DNA of 53,362 bases from the IMG/VR virus record IMGVR_UViG_3300044707_001188, positions 1 to 53,362 of that record; one strand, 5' to 3'. Origin of the DNA: a virus. Taxonomy: Duplodnaviria; Caudoviricetes. The translations under genes were made by a program, and so were the position numbers. Shown here piece after piece: positions 1 to 12,000 of this stretch. The notes below the pieces were generated by a model. The model saw nothing but the letters and a program-made list of their open reading frames with translations. It did no database searches and was not told where the DNA came from. Position 1 is the stretch's first letter. Each line of letters starts with the position of its first letter.

Positions 1-31
1 CTGGCCAGTCTGATTCGACTCTGCACACGGT

Positions 32-3000
32 TCAGTTTGACAGATTCAAAGCTTGCAACCTCCCTGTCACCCCCCGATTCAACCCCTCCATCACCCTCGC
101 GATCTCCGCGTCGATCCCCCTCACCCGTTCCTGATACCCCTCCTCCTGCCGCAGCTGCACCTCCCGCCGCATCCTGCGCAGCCGGCTCACCGCCGCCTCG
201 GCCTTGTTGCCCTCGGCCACCATGTCCGCCAGCGGCTCACCGCGCCGGTAGGCCTCGACGTCCTCTCGGTTCTTCGCCCTGCCCTGCAGTTCGTTTTCGA
301 TCTGGTTCAGGCGCTTGACGTTCTCGTAGAACGCCTCCGACTGGCCTGAGATGCCGCGCGTGTTGCCGTACAGGCGCCCCAGCAGCGGGATCTTGTGCGG
401 CGGCAGTTCGTCGCCCGTGTAGGGTGCTGACACGGTCTGCGCAAGCTTGCCGATCTCCCGGCCGATGCCGCCGGTCAACTGGCCGATGACATAGTCGATC
501 TGGTCGGGCGTGGGGCTCCACATGCCGGGCTGGTACTTCGTGCCGCCGGTGATCCAGTTGGTGAGCTCGCTCGCGGCCTTGGCCCAGGGGGTGGCGGAGT
601 CCTTGGCCATCGCGGTGCCGGGCTGCGGGTCTAGCGGGTTCATGGTCTCGCGGTAGATGGGCCGGCCGGTCCAGTCCCGGTTCTGCCAGAGCGCCACAGC
701 CGGGTCGGCCACGGTGGGCGTGACCATCTGCGAGAAGGTCTGCGAGCCGCCGAGCGGGTTGAAGGCGTCCAGCATCACCTGCAGCAGTCGGCCGATCTGC
801 CGGCCGGCGGTCTTGTCCGGCCCGCCGAGCATGAACTCGACTGCCAGGCGCCCGACGTTGGGCAGGAAGTGGAAGCCCAGCGGCAGCGGGATGGACAGGT
901 AGTCCTCGCGGCCCAGCGGCACGATCAGGCTGCGCTCCTTGACGAACTCGGGAATCTTGTCCCAGTGATCGTCGCCGTCGTCGTCGCCACCCATCACCGC
1001 CATGCCGATGAGTGCGTTGACGGCGCCGAGCAGCACGCCGCCGAGCATGATCTTGCGCCCCATCGGCCCGCGCAGCGTCTCCCACATCCTGACCGTGCCC
1101 TGGATCGCCGCGTTGAAGAAGGCGTAGAAGGCGCCGATCTCGCGGGTCTGGCGGCCCTTGCGGTTGAAGTTGACGGTGAGGTTCTTGGCCAGGCTCGCCG
1201 CGCGCTCGGTGCTCATGCCCTGGTCGAGCGCGACCTTGAAGGCCGACACCCGCACGGCGTTCTCCATCGCCTCGTTGTAGTCGCTCAGCCAGTCGAGGAC
1301 GTAGTGGACGGTCTTGCCCGCTGCGCCCCGGTCCAGGCGGCCGAGTTCCTTCTCCAACTCGCGGGTGCGGTCCTCGATGTTGGCGTACAGGTCACGGTAG
1401 CCGGTGGAGCCTCCGGCTTCCTGCAACTGTTTCCACAGATCGATCCACTGCCGGTTGGCGGGGTTGGCGGCTTGCTTGCCGCGCTCCTGGCGGTAGATGG
1501 CACGCAGCGCCGGAAAGACGCCAGAGGCGACCTCGCGCTCGCGCCCGGCCAGCGCCGTGGTGCTGAGGTTCAGCAGCCCGGACTGGGCGTCCCGGGCAAA
1601 GTTGATGACGCCGAAGACCGGGTTGTACTGGGTGTTGACGCTGGCGAACCAGCGCGTGCCCTTGGCCACCAGCGTGACGGCGGCGTGCAGGTCGCCGATG
1701 TCCAGGTTCTTCAGCGAGTGCGCCAGCCGCAGCGCCTGGGGGTTGCGCTCGTTGAAGGTGATCGCCACGTCCTGCCCGGCGATGCGCAGCATCAGGACGT
1801 AGGGCAGGTTGCGGTAGTTCGGATCGGCCACCTTTCTGACGGTGCGCGTGAAGGGGTCGACCACCTTGATGACGGGCAACTCGTCCACCCGCCACAGGTC
1901 CGGGTCGGGGTTCTGCGCGGCCATGACGTAGAGCTTCTTCAGCACCAGGTCTTTCTCGCCCCTGGTGAGCGCGGCCTCGCGCTGCATGGCGATGTGGCCG
2001 AGGATATGGGTCACGCGCTCGTTGCTGCCCACGCGCTGACGCGCCGCTGGCCCCTTGACGTTGAAGCCCATCCCAGTGGGGTGCGCCACCGAGTCCGGGT
2101 GCGCCTCGTCCCGGTGCAGCGGCACGTAGTAGCGGTAGGCCCGGCGCCAGGCATCCAGCACCGAGCGCTCCATCAGACCGTAGTGCTCCAGCAGCTCGAG
2201 CGTGCGCGCGTTGACCGCATCGACCCTGGCCGCCAGCGCGTCCATGTCGGCCAGCCGCGGCGGCGTGAGCGCGGCGATCACGGCAGCCGCCTCGGCATCG
2301 GACATCCCCGACAGCGACAACCTCTCCTCTTCCGTGCCCCGGAAGGCCTGCGCACGGCGCCAGACCGACTGCGTCTCGCGCGCGGCGTCCAACGCCTCGT
2401 TCAGCGCCCGGGTCGAGGTGCCCCGAGCCACCGCCGACTGCAGCCGCAGCTCCAGCGCCTTGACATCGGCATTGGCCTGGGCGCGCCGAGCGTCGAGCTC
2501 GACCTGGCTGGGGTTGCGCCGGGCCATCTCGGCATTGGCCTCGGCGGCGTGCCGGGCGTGGAGGTAGCGCTCGAAGTCCTCCATCGTCACCCCGCGCTCA
2601 CGCATCTCGGCCAGCAGCGGACGCAACTCGTCGTCCAGGAACACCTGCGTGCGCCGCGCCAGGCGCTTGTGGAACAGCTCCTCGCCGAGGTAGGCGTCGT
2701 TCAGATCCGAGATCGCCCCGCCGAGTGCCTGGATGCGGGCGCGGATGCGCTTGAGGTCGACGAACTTGTCCTGGAACTCGTAGATCAACTTGTCCAGCGC
2801 CTCGGGGCTCGTAAGGGCAATGACACGCTGCTTGAGCGCCTGCCAGCGGCTGCGCTGGGCGGGGCCGGGCTGAGGCGGCGGGTTCGGGCCGGCGGCGTTG
2901 GGCTGCGAAGGCGGCGGCGGGGCGAGGTTCTCCAGCAGCACGGGGCGCCCGTCTGACGCACGGCGCACCGGTGCCACCTTGCTCGCGTTCGCGCGCTCGC

Positions 3001-6000
3001 GCTGGATGCGCGCCAGCTGCCGGGCCCGCAAACCGTAGACGGCCGCGAAGGCGTCCTGCGCGGCGTCCAGCACCACGCTGTCGGGCAAGTTCGGCTCCAT
3101 GCCCCCGTGGCGCCAGGCGTAATCGTCAACCATCCCGCGGATGAAGTCCGCCTGCTCCGGCGGCATCATGCCACCGTAGGGGCTGCGTGCGTCCGTCATC
3201 TCGCGCCAGACGTTGGCCAGGTCGCGCACGATGTCGGCCTCGCTGTCGCCGGCCTCCCCGTCCTGCAGCTTGTGCAGCAGCAGCGGGTTCAGCAGGTCGG
3301 CGCGGGTCATCTGGTCTTCCTCCAGCTCGGCGAAGCTGGACTCCAGCGCGTCCATCAGGGTCTCGAGCCGGGCGTCCAGGCGCTCGGCCATGCTCGCGCT
3401 GCGCGGTCCGGCCTCGTAGGCTTTTTCGACACGGGGAATGAGTTCGCGGATCTCAGCCTCGATCTGGGCCGGGGTCATGCGGTTGACGTCGGGCTCGGCG
3501 TCGGCACCGCGCCGGGCGGGTGCGGGGTTCTCCAGAACCGGGGACGGACCCGCATCAGGCGCAGATGCAGCGCGCTTGACCTCCTCCAGTTCTGCGCCCA
3601 GCCGCAGCTCATTGGTCAGAAATTTCTCGTTGCTCGCGACCAAGCCTGGCGCGCGCCCTTGCTGGACGTCCCGCCGCTCCTGTTCCTGCGACCAGGCCAT
3701 GAGGCCCTCGACCAGCACGGTCTTGCTCAACTCACCAATGACCGACGCATTGACCAACAGCGGCTCGCCGTCGCTGCCAATGCCGACCACGTCACCCGTC
3801 ACCAAGTAAGCACCCTTGGCGTGGCGGAAGCCCAGATAGTCGATGTAGTTGCTGATGCCGCCGCCAAGGTTGGCCGGATGGTCCTGCGGCAGGTCTTCAA
3901 ATGGTTGGTAGTAACCCAAGGCGTCCGGACTCTCCACGAGCTGCACCACCGACAAGCCCATCTCGCGCCGCCCATCGACCCAGTTCTTTGAGCGGCGGCC
4001 GCGCACGTCGCCCTCGATGTCTCGCGCAAAACGCAGGTACACCGGCCGGCCTCCCACACCCTCGCGCAACACGCGCTGCAGCCGCGCCATCGTCGTGATG
4101 TCGCTGGCCTTGCGGTTGTCCAGGATGCCCGACACCCCCTCGAACAACATCTGCCTGGACTGGAAGCTGCCGTCGTTGTCGGCGCCGACGACGTACTCCA
4201 TTGCCCGCAGCACCGCCGCATCGGCACGCGCACCGAGCAGTCCCTTGATGCGCTCGACCATCTCGCGCATCCACACCATGATCCGGCGCCACATCGCATC
4301 CGACGCGGCGTAGCGCCGGTGCAGCAGACGGGTGGCGTTGACCGCCCAGAACTCGCTGGGGTTGACCAGTTGGTAGTGGGGGTCGTACTTCAGCACCCCC
4401 TTGGCGAAGGCGCTCTTCAGGGCGTCGCGGGCACTGCGGTCGCCGGCCATGGCGGGCAGGATGTGGTCGAGCGCCTGGCGCTGCTCGGAGGTCGCGTTCT
4501 TGTACCCCGCCGCCAGTGCCTTGGCCCACTCCGCCCGGATGCGCCCTTGCATCGGCGCGGGCATCATGCGCTCGGCGTGGTGCAGGATTTCGTGCACTGC
4601 CGTGCCGCGCAGGGCATCGCCCTTGAACAGGCGCATGACGCGGGTGGTGGGGTTGTAGTCCCCCGATGGCGTGTCCTCGCCCGGGGATTCGATCGAGATG
4701 CCCAGGTCAGCCGCCAGCGCCGGGTTGCGGTCCAGCGCCCACAGTGCGAACGCCACGTCGTCCGGGTCCAGGTCACCGCGCCGGCGGGCCTGCAGCAGAC
4801 GCTCGCGCACCAGATCGGCGCCGCGCTTCCGGCTGCGCCCGAAGACCCGCTTGTGGCGCTTGGCCTGCGCCGCCGCGTCCAGCTCGGCGGTCAGCATCCG
4901 CACCGCCAGGATGTACTGCTCGTCGTCGATCTCGCCCTTGGCCAGGCGCTCGGCCAGCTTGGACAAGCGGCGCGCGGCCTGGATCCTCGGCACCTCAGCC
5001 TCGCCGTCGTCGGGCGCGAAGTCCTCCTCCAGCGCCTTCCTGGCGCTGCGCCGCGTCACGCCGGCAGCCTCATGGCGCCCGGGGTTCATCGGCGCGAGGT
5101 TGGACAGGGTTCCCCCGACCGACCCGGAGGGCTGCGTTCCACGCTCGGCCATCGAGGACCGCGTGACCGGGTCGATCACGTCAAGCAGCCGCAGGTCAAG
5201 TCTGGCCAGGGCGTTGGCCATGTTCTGCGCCGCGCGTTCGGCACGCGCTACTTCCACCTTGCTGCCGCCCTGCACCGGGATCGACAGCAAATAGGCGGCA
5301 GAGCCCGAGAAGGCTCCGGAGTTCAGCAGGCGATCCAGCCGACCCTCCTTGGTCAGCGACAGCATCTCTTCCTGGATCATCGGCACCCAGGCCGTGACGC
5401 GGTGGCTGTGGCTGACGAACACGATCCCCGGCTGGCCTCCGGCGAGGTTCTGCACCACGTCCTTGGCCCTGCTGGGCGTGTCGATGACCACATTGGCACT
5501 GTCCACACGCCGGATCAGGCGGTCGACCACTGGGATGCGCGCCACCGTCTTCCCCGGGCGGACCTTCCCACTGACGAAGTTGGCGCCGTCGCCCTCCACC
5601 GCGCGCCAGTCGCCACCATTGGCCACCGCAGCCATGCCGGTCCAGCGGATCGACGTGTCGCGGAAGACCGATGCCACCGCCTGGTTCAGATACTCGTCGG
5701 CCCGCGACAACTCGGCACTGCCGCTCGGATGGTTGTGCACGCCCCAGGCCGTGGCCGCGCCCTTGATGCGCAGCGCCTCTGCCAGGATGGTGGTGGGGTA
5801 CACCGCCGTCTGCGCGATGGCGCCCTTGAAGGAGCCCACCACCGCCAGCGGCTTGCCCGCCATGTTGGTGATGAGCACGTCCATGTGCTCGACGGCGTAA
5901 TCGCCGATGGCCTGCAGCGCGTCCACCGCGTCCTGCCAGGTTTTCACGCTTGCGACCGGCAGGTCGCGCACGTTCACTTGGACGAGTTGGTCGTTGACTT

Positions 6001-9000
6001 GGTAGACGCCGGGCAGCGTCGGGTTGGACCGCACCGATAGGGTGGCGGTGGGGAGTACGTCCCCAGCGGAGGTGGCTTGCCCGGCTCGGGAACGTAGATC
6101 ACCTCCTCGGGCACGGGGTAGCGCCCGTCCGGCAACAGGCTGCAGGTCCTGCTGGGTTTCTGGGAAGAGGTCATAGCTGAGATCGTAATTCGAGACCGGA
6201 TCGTTGACGTTGTAGACACCGCTCTCCTCTCGCGCAAGGTTTGCGTCGCCGTCCGCCTTCCCAGTCTTCAATGGCGGCAACCCCAGCACCTCGCGCGCGA
6301 CGTCGGGGTGCGAGACAGGGATCAGCTTGCCGTCGGCCCGAACCTGCAGCAGATGCTCGACCGCGCGCCGTAGCGTGGCCTCGTTCAGGTTGCGCACCGA
6401 CATCACATCGCCGCGCTTGTAGAAGTCCTGCCTGAGCGCGTCGATCAGCCTCTGGTCCAGGTAATAGGTGCCGCCCTCGCGCTTGGCCGCCGCAACAGAG
6501 ATGCTGTAGGTGGGCGCACCCTCCCCGTGCGAACGCAGGATGCGCAGCGTCCCGGCCGCGTTCCTCACCGTCGCCCCACCGCCGGCCCGCTCGAAGAACT
6601 GCATCAGCTTGACCGGCGCCGTGAAGACCACGGCATCCGCAGCCGCCTGCTGCTTGACCTTCTCGAAGTCGTAGCCCCGGCGCATCAGCACGCCCTGCTG
6701 CACGCGCCCGTCGTCGGTGGTGTAGCTGACGATCTGCCCGGGGAACTTCGCGAACCCGGCCAGCAGGTTGCCGGTGACCATCCAGCGCTGCTCGCGCCGC
6801 ACGTTGCCACTGCCGCCGCTGTACAGGTCGAACAGCTCCGGGATGCTGTAGTAGCGGGCGGTGTCCGTCTTGGGGTCCAGGGCCGCCACCGGCTCGACCT
6901 GCTTGCGCAAGGTGACGCTGCGCCCGAGTTGGCTCACGCTCAGCGTGAGCGACCGCGCATCCCCGTTGGCCAGCGCCAGCGTGATCTTCCACGACGAGCC
7001 CGCCGCCGGGTTCTTGGTCGTGCCGGTATTCGCAATCGAGGTGATGATCCCGTAGGTGGGCACCTGCATCGAGTCGAGCACCGTCACCTGGTCGCCGACC
7101 CCGTAGTTGCGCAGCGTCTCCTCGACCAGGTTCTTCTGCATCCCGACCGTGTCGACCTGCCGCTGGATCTTCAGCGGGTCGGTGTCGGCGGCCTCCAGCT
7201 TCGCGCGCAGCGCCTGCACATAGATCGCGGTACGGGCGCTCAGGTCCCGGATCATGTCGACGCGCATCTTCAGCGCAGTCTGTCCGCCCAGGCTCTGCGC
7301 GATGGCCGCCTCGACCTCGGCGCTGGACATGGGCTTGACCGTGCGCGCCACGTCCACCTTCTCCATGTGCGCCGGCTCGGCGAACCGGGAGCCGGCATCG
7401 CCTTCGCGCTGTGCCGTCACCTGCTCGCTCGACAGCGTCTTCGCACCCAGGTTCAGCGCCTTGGCCTCCAGCTTGTTCGTGCCCATCGCGTCCTCGCGCG
7501 CGATCAGATCGTTGTAGCGCTGGGTCAGGTCGGCATAGATCTCCTCCTGCTGCTTGATGGGCAGGATGGGGATGTAGCCGGTGAGCTTGCGGATCAGCTC
7601 GTCGTCGGCTTCCTCGACCTTGTCGGGCACCTCCAGCCGGTCCTGCCCTCCGAGTTCGGCGTGGACATCGGGGTTGTCCATCAGGAACTCGGCTGCGACC
7701 TGGCCGCCGTAGTCGTTCATGAAGTCGACCACGCCCTCGGCCGTCACCGCCGACTTACGGCTGGCGGTGGTGTTGGCGTTCAGCGAGGCCATCTTCTTCA
7801 TCAGCACCGCCGCTGGCCGCATCTCGGCCGGGATGTCGGCCATGGCCTGCGTGTAGTCGGGCGTGATCACCTGCCCGGTGCGGTGCACGCGGCCGAGCAT
7901 CTGCATGTGGGTGTCGATGTTGCGCTCGGCCTGCACGATGATCATGCGGCGCTTGCGCTGGTCCTTGACCTTGGCCGATGCGTGCAGCGACAGGCCCGTC
8001 GAGCCCGACTGGTTCAGGATCAGCGCGTCGACCTCGCCGCCGTTGAAGCCCCGAATGGCCCGCAGGCGCTGGCGGATGTTGGCCGTGCGGTTGGCCAGCA
8101 CCGGCGAGGGGCCGGCGTAGTTCACCGTGATGTTGCGCCCGGTGATCTCGTCGGTCTTGAAGCCCGCCTCGCGCAGGCGGTTGTGCATGAAGTCGATGGG
8201 CGAGATGGGCGCGGCCCCGAAGCCCGCGTTGCCGATGAATTCGGCCGTGCGGTTGAACATCTTGACGAGCGACTCGCCGAGTTGCTCATCGGTCAGTCGG
8301 GACTGCTCCGGCGGCGCGCCCCCAGGGCGCTTGATCGTGATGACGCGCTGCTTTTCCAGGTAGCGCAGGTACAGGTCCCGGAAGCTCAGCGCCACCGGCT
8401 CGCCCGGGCGAAGGTCCATCTCCTTGGCGTAGTCCGCCAGGAACGAGCCCATCGTATTGGCCACGGTGAGCACCACCTTCTCGCCCGCCTTCAGCCGCTC
8501 GATGGCGAAGTCCACCGAGTCCTGCGCCTTCAGCGCAAGAAGCATCTGGTCGATCAGGTTGTGCATGATCGCGCCGAAGTTCGCGCCCTGCACCGTCGCC
8601 TTCTCGGTGCCCTTCTCGGTGATGACGGCGCCTTCCTTGTCCAGTTCTTTCTTGATGGCCTCGACCGCCGCTTCCTTGGCGCGCGAGAAGGCGAGCACCA
8701 TGCGCATGGCGGTGGCCATGTTCTCGGCCGTGGCCTTGTCGACCGTGGTCGCCCGGGTCTCGTATCCCACGCCTGCGAAGGTGCGCTCGCGCCGGATGTA
8801 CTGGCCGTCCTCGGAGAGCATCGTGGCCACGATCTGCTGCAGCGGCACGCCCCCGGTCTGGATAGCCGGCGCGAGCTGGGTGGGCTTCTCCACAGCGAGC
8901 ATCATGTTCGTGCTGCTGTACAAGTCCATCACGTCGGGGCGCTTGGCGTAGGTGGCCGAGCTGAAGAAGCTGCCCGCCGAGTTGCGCACCAGCACGCGGG

Positions 9001-12000
9001 CAAAGCCGGCGCGGCCGAGCTTGTCCTCGCCCTGCTTCAGGGCCTCGCGCTGCTCCTTCGTGCGCGCCTGCGTCGTGGAGGTACCGCCGGCGTTGTGGCT
9101 TTCGTCGAAGATGACGTAGCCGCCGTCAGCGAAAGCCTGCAGGAATCGCATCCGGGCCGTGGTCTTGCCCGCTACCGTCTGGATCTGGCTGTAGGTCGTG
9201 AAGATGACCTTGAAGCGCCCCAGGCTGCCCTCGCCGACCATGCCGTCCATCAGCTTGTTCAGCTCCGGCCCACTGGCTGGCGGGCGCAGCACGAGTTCGA
9301 GTTCGACCCGATCGCCGTTGCGCTCGCGCTGCAGCGTGTAGTCGATCGACTCCTTGCTGTTGGTCATCAGGATGCCCGGGCGCTGCGTGGACAGCCCCAG
9401 TTCCTCGGCCATGCCGATGTCGTCGAGGTCGCGGATCATGTCCGCGTACAGGTTGGGCTTCTCGGTGACGAAGATCGGCACCTTGCCGCTGCGCAGCGCG
9501 TAGCGGATCATCCCGGCCACCACGCGGCCCTTGCCGATGCCGGTCTGGTCCCCGATGATGAAGCCGCGCCCCTGCTCGGCGTTGTAGATCGCCAGCGCCA
9601 GCGCGTCGACCTGCTCGGCCGAGAAGTAGCCGGCGAGTTCAAGCGGGTCGTACTCGAGCTTCTGGGCGACGAAGGCGTCGAGATCGCCCACCGCCGCCTG
9701 CACGCGCTCCAGCGACTTCTGCACCGAATCGCGCATCGCGCGCGGCACCAGCGTGCCCACTGACGGCGCGCTGGAACCCGGCGTGTAGGCCACCTGTCCG
9801 GCGGTCTCCTGCTCCTGGCCGCGGCGGTCGCTCAGTCCAGGCTTGACGAGCTGGTCTCGGCCAGGGCCATCTCCAGCCACGCCTCCAGATCGGTTTCCTC
9901 CAGCGCCTCCCGGACGGCCTCCATCCGCACCGTCGGGCGAGCGGGCACCTTGGCCGGGAACGGATTGATCCGACTGTTCATCTGAAGAGACAGCACCGTC
10001 TGCAGATGCAGGTTGTGGCTGAACAGGCTGCCGCCCGCCTCGTATGCCCTCACGACTCCCATCACGCCCATCGCCGACAGCGCCCGATTGGCCATCCGCA
10101 GGCCTTGCGGATGTTGATCCACCATTCGGTTGATCCGGTCCTCCACGGCGTCCATCCACGCCCACTGCGTCAGTTCGCCCGGGGGCACCATCACCCCGCA
10201 CAGACCCGCCTGGACGTTCGGGGGACACCACGGCACCAGAACCCGACGCTGCTCCTGGGGCGTTGACGGCGGCGTTTGCATCCAGCTTCTCCTTCAGGGC
10301 CGGCCACGAGTCGAAGCGCACCGGCAGTTGGGCGGCGGGCAAGGGTCGAGTGGCCTTGCCACCACGGCCCGCGATCACGATCACGTCCACGGGGTAGCCG
10401 GCGCCCTGGCGCGCGTACAGATCGCCGTCGACCGTGAAGTGGTCGACGACCTGGTAGTCGTTGTACAGGCGGAAGTAGAACTCCCGCTTGGCTTTGGCAC
10501 GGTAGCCGTCACGGATCTCGTCCTCGGCGCGGGCATCCACCCCGCCGACGATCAGCACGGCGCGGCCGTCGTCCTTGAGTGATTCGAGGGCCTTCATCGC
10601 GATGGCGTGGTCGACCTCCCGCGTCGCGAAGAACGGCGCGGCGGCCCACACGGTAGGCTCGCCCTTGTCATCGCGCACCACCCCGAAAGGCGGGTTCATC
10701 ACCGCCACATCCAGGGACTTCGGCGGGGCCAGCGCAGAAGTGGCCGCGTCGTTGCGCTGCACCTCGAAGCCCAGGGCGCGAGCGTTATCGGCGCGCTCGG
10801 CGTTCAGCTCGTTGACGACGGCATCCTTTGGGGCGACCTCGATCAGCAGCATCGTGTTGCCGGCCGTGGGCTCGCCCACCTTGTCGCCGGGCTTGATGCC
10901 CGCCAGGCGCGAGGCCAGGAAGGCCAGCGGCACCGGCGTCGAGTAGGCCTGCTCGCGCACGCTGGTGGACGAGCGCATGCCCAGCACCGGCTGCAGGCCG
11001 TACAGGTTGACCAGGCGGTCGTAGATGACACCATCGGTGCGCCCCTGGCGCCGTGCAGCGGCCACGATCTCGCGCCCGGCCAGCACGACGGCAACTTCCA
11101 CCGTCTCGTCGGCCCGCTTGGCAGCCTGTGTGCCGGGCTCCACGGGCTGACCGGTCAGCTCAGCGATGAACTTGCGGGCCTCGACGATGGTCTTGAAGCC
11201 CTCGCCGCCGAGTAAGCGGTCGGCGAGGGCCTGGGCCGTGGCGCGGCGGCCGGAGGCGGTGGTGAGGGATGGGCGTTCGGCAGCGTTCTGGGTGGTTTGC
11301 AGTTCTGGAGCGGTGTTGTCGGTTTGCGCGTTCCGCTTGTTTTGCGCGTCTTGCGCGATTGCCGCGTCCACGTCGATGTCCTCGACGTCGGCTGCGCGGT
11401 CCATGTCCGCTTTGAACGACGCTGCGCGAGGGTCGTTGCGCACCGCCAAGTACCACGACACCAGGTAGGGTTTGACGGCCTCACCCAGGTCGTCGACCAT
11501 CGCCCGCGCATAGGCAGCAAACCGGCGCGCACCGCGCTCGATGTGATACCCCGCCAGCGTGATGCCATCCAGCAGCGTCTCGGGGTCGATGCCCGACTGC
11601 AGGCGACCGAGCTTCTTGCGTAGGCGCTCGCGCGCCGCCTGGGCCGCATCCTCGGTGAAGATGGTGTTCGGCTTGGCAGCCGCAGTGGCGTCAGACGGTG
11701 CGGCGGGGGTGGAGGAATCGACCGGCGCCCCAGGCGTCTGCCCGGGCGCGCCAGCCGACGGGGTCAGTACCCCGGTTTCGGGGGCTTCTTGCCCTTGCCC
11801 TTCTTCATCATTGGTCGCTCCTTGGCGGGTTGCGGGCGCGCTTGCCGGGGCGCTCGATGCCGGGGTTTGGCGCCTCTGAGCGGCCGGGGGCTTACCGCCA
11901 AGTCGGTAGAAGCCCACCGCCGTGTCGACGATGTCCTGTGCGGTGCGGAAGTCCAGATCGGCTTGGCGCTGCTCGTCGCTCTGCATCAGCAGACGGTGCA

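Noticed and set aside
1-31. attL/attR or tRNA integration target
   Set aside because: Window ends 31 bp after the giant gene and exactly at the integrase ATG; no direct repeat can be seen
6527-9763. Long plus-strand ORFs (e.g. 869-2956, 6527-9763, 34650-37490, 30563-32368)
   Set aside because: Antisense shadows of high-GC minus-strand genes; no recognisable motifs
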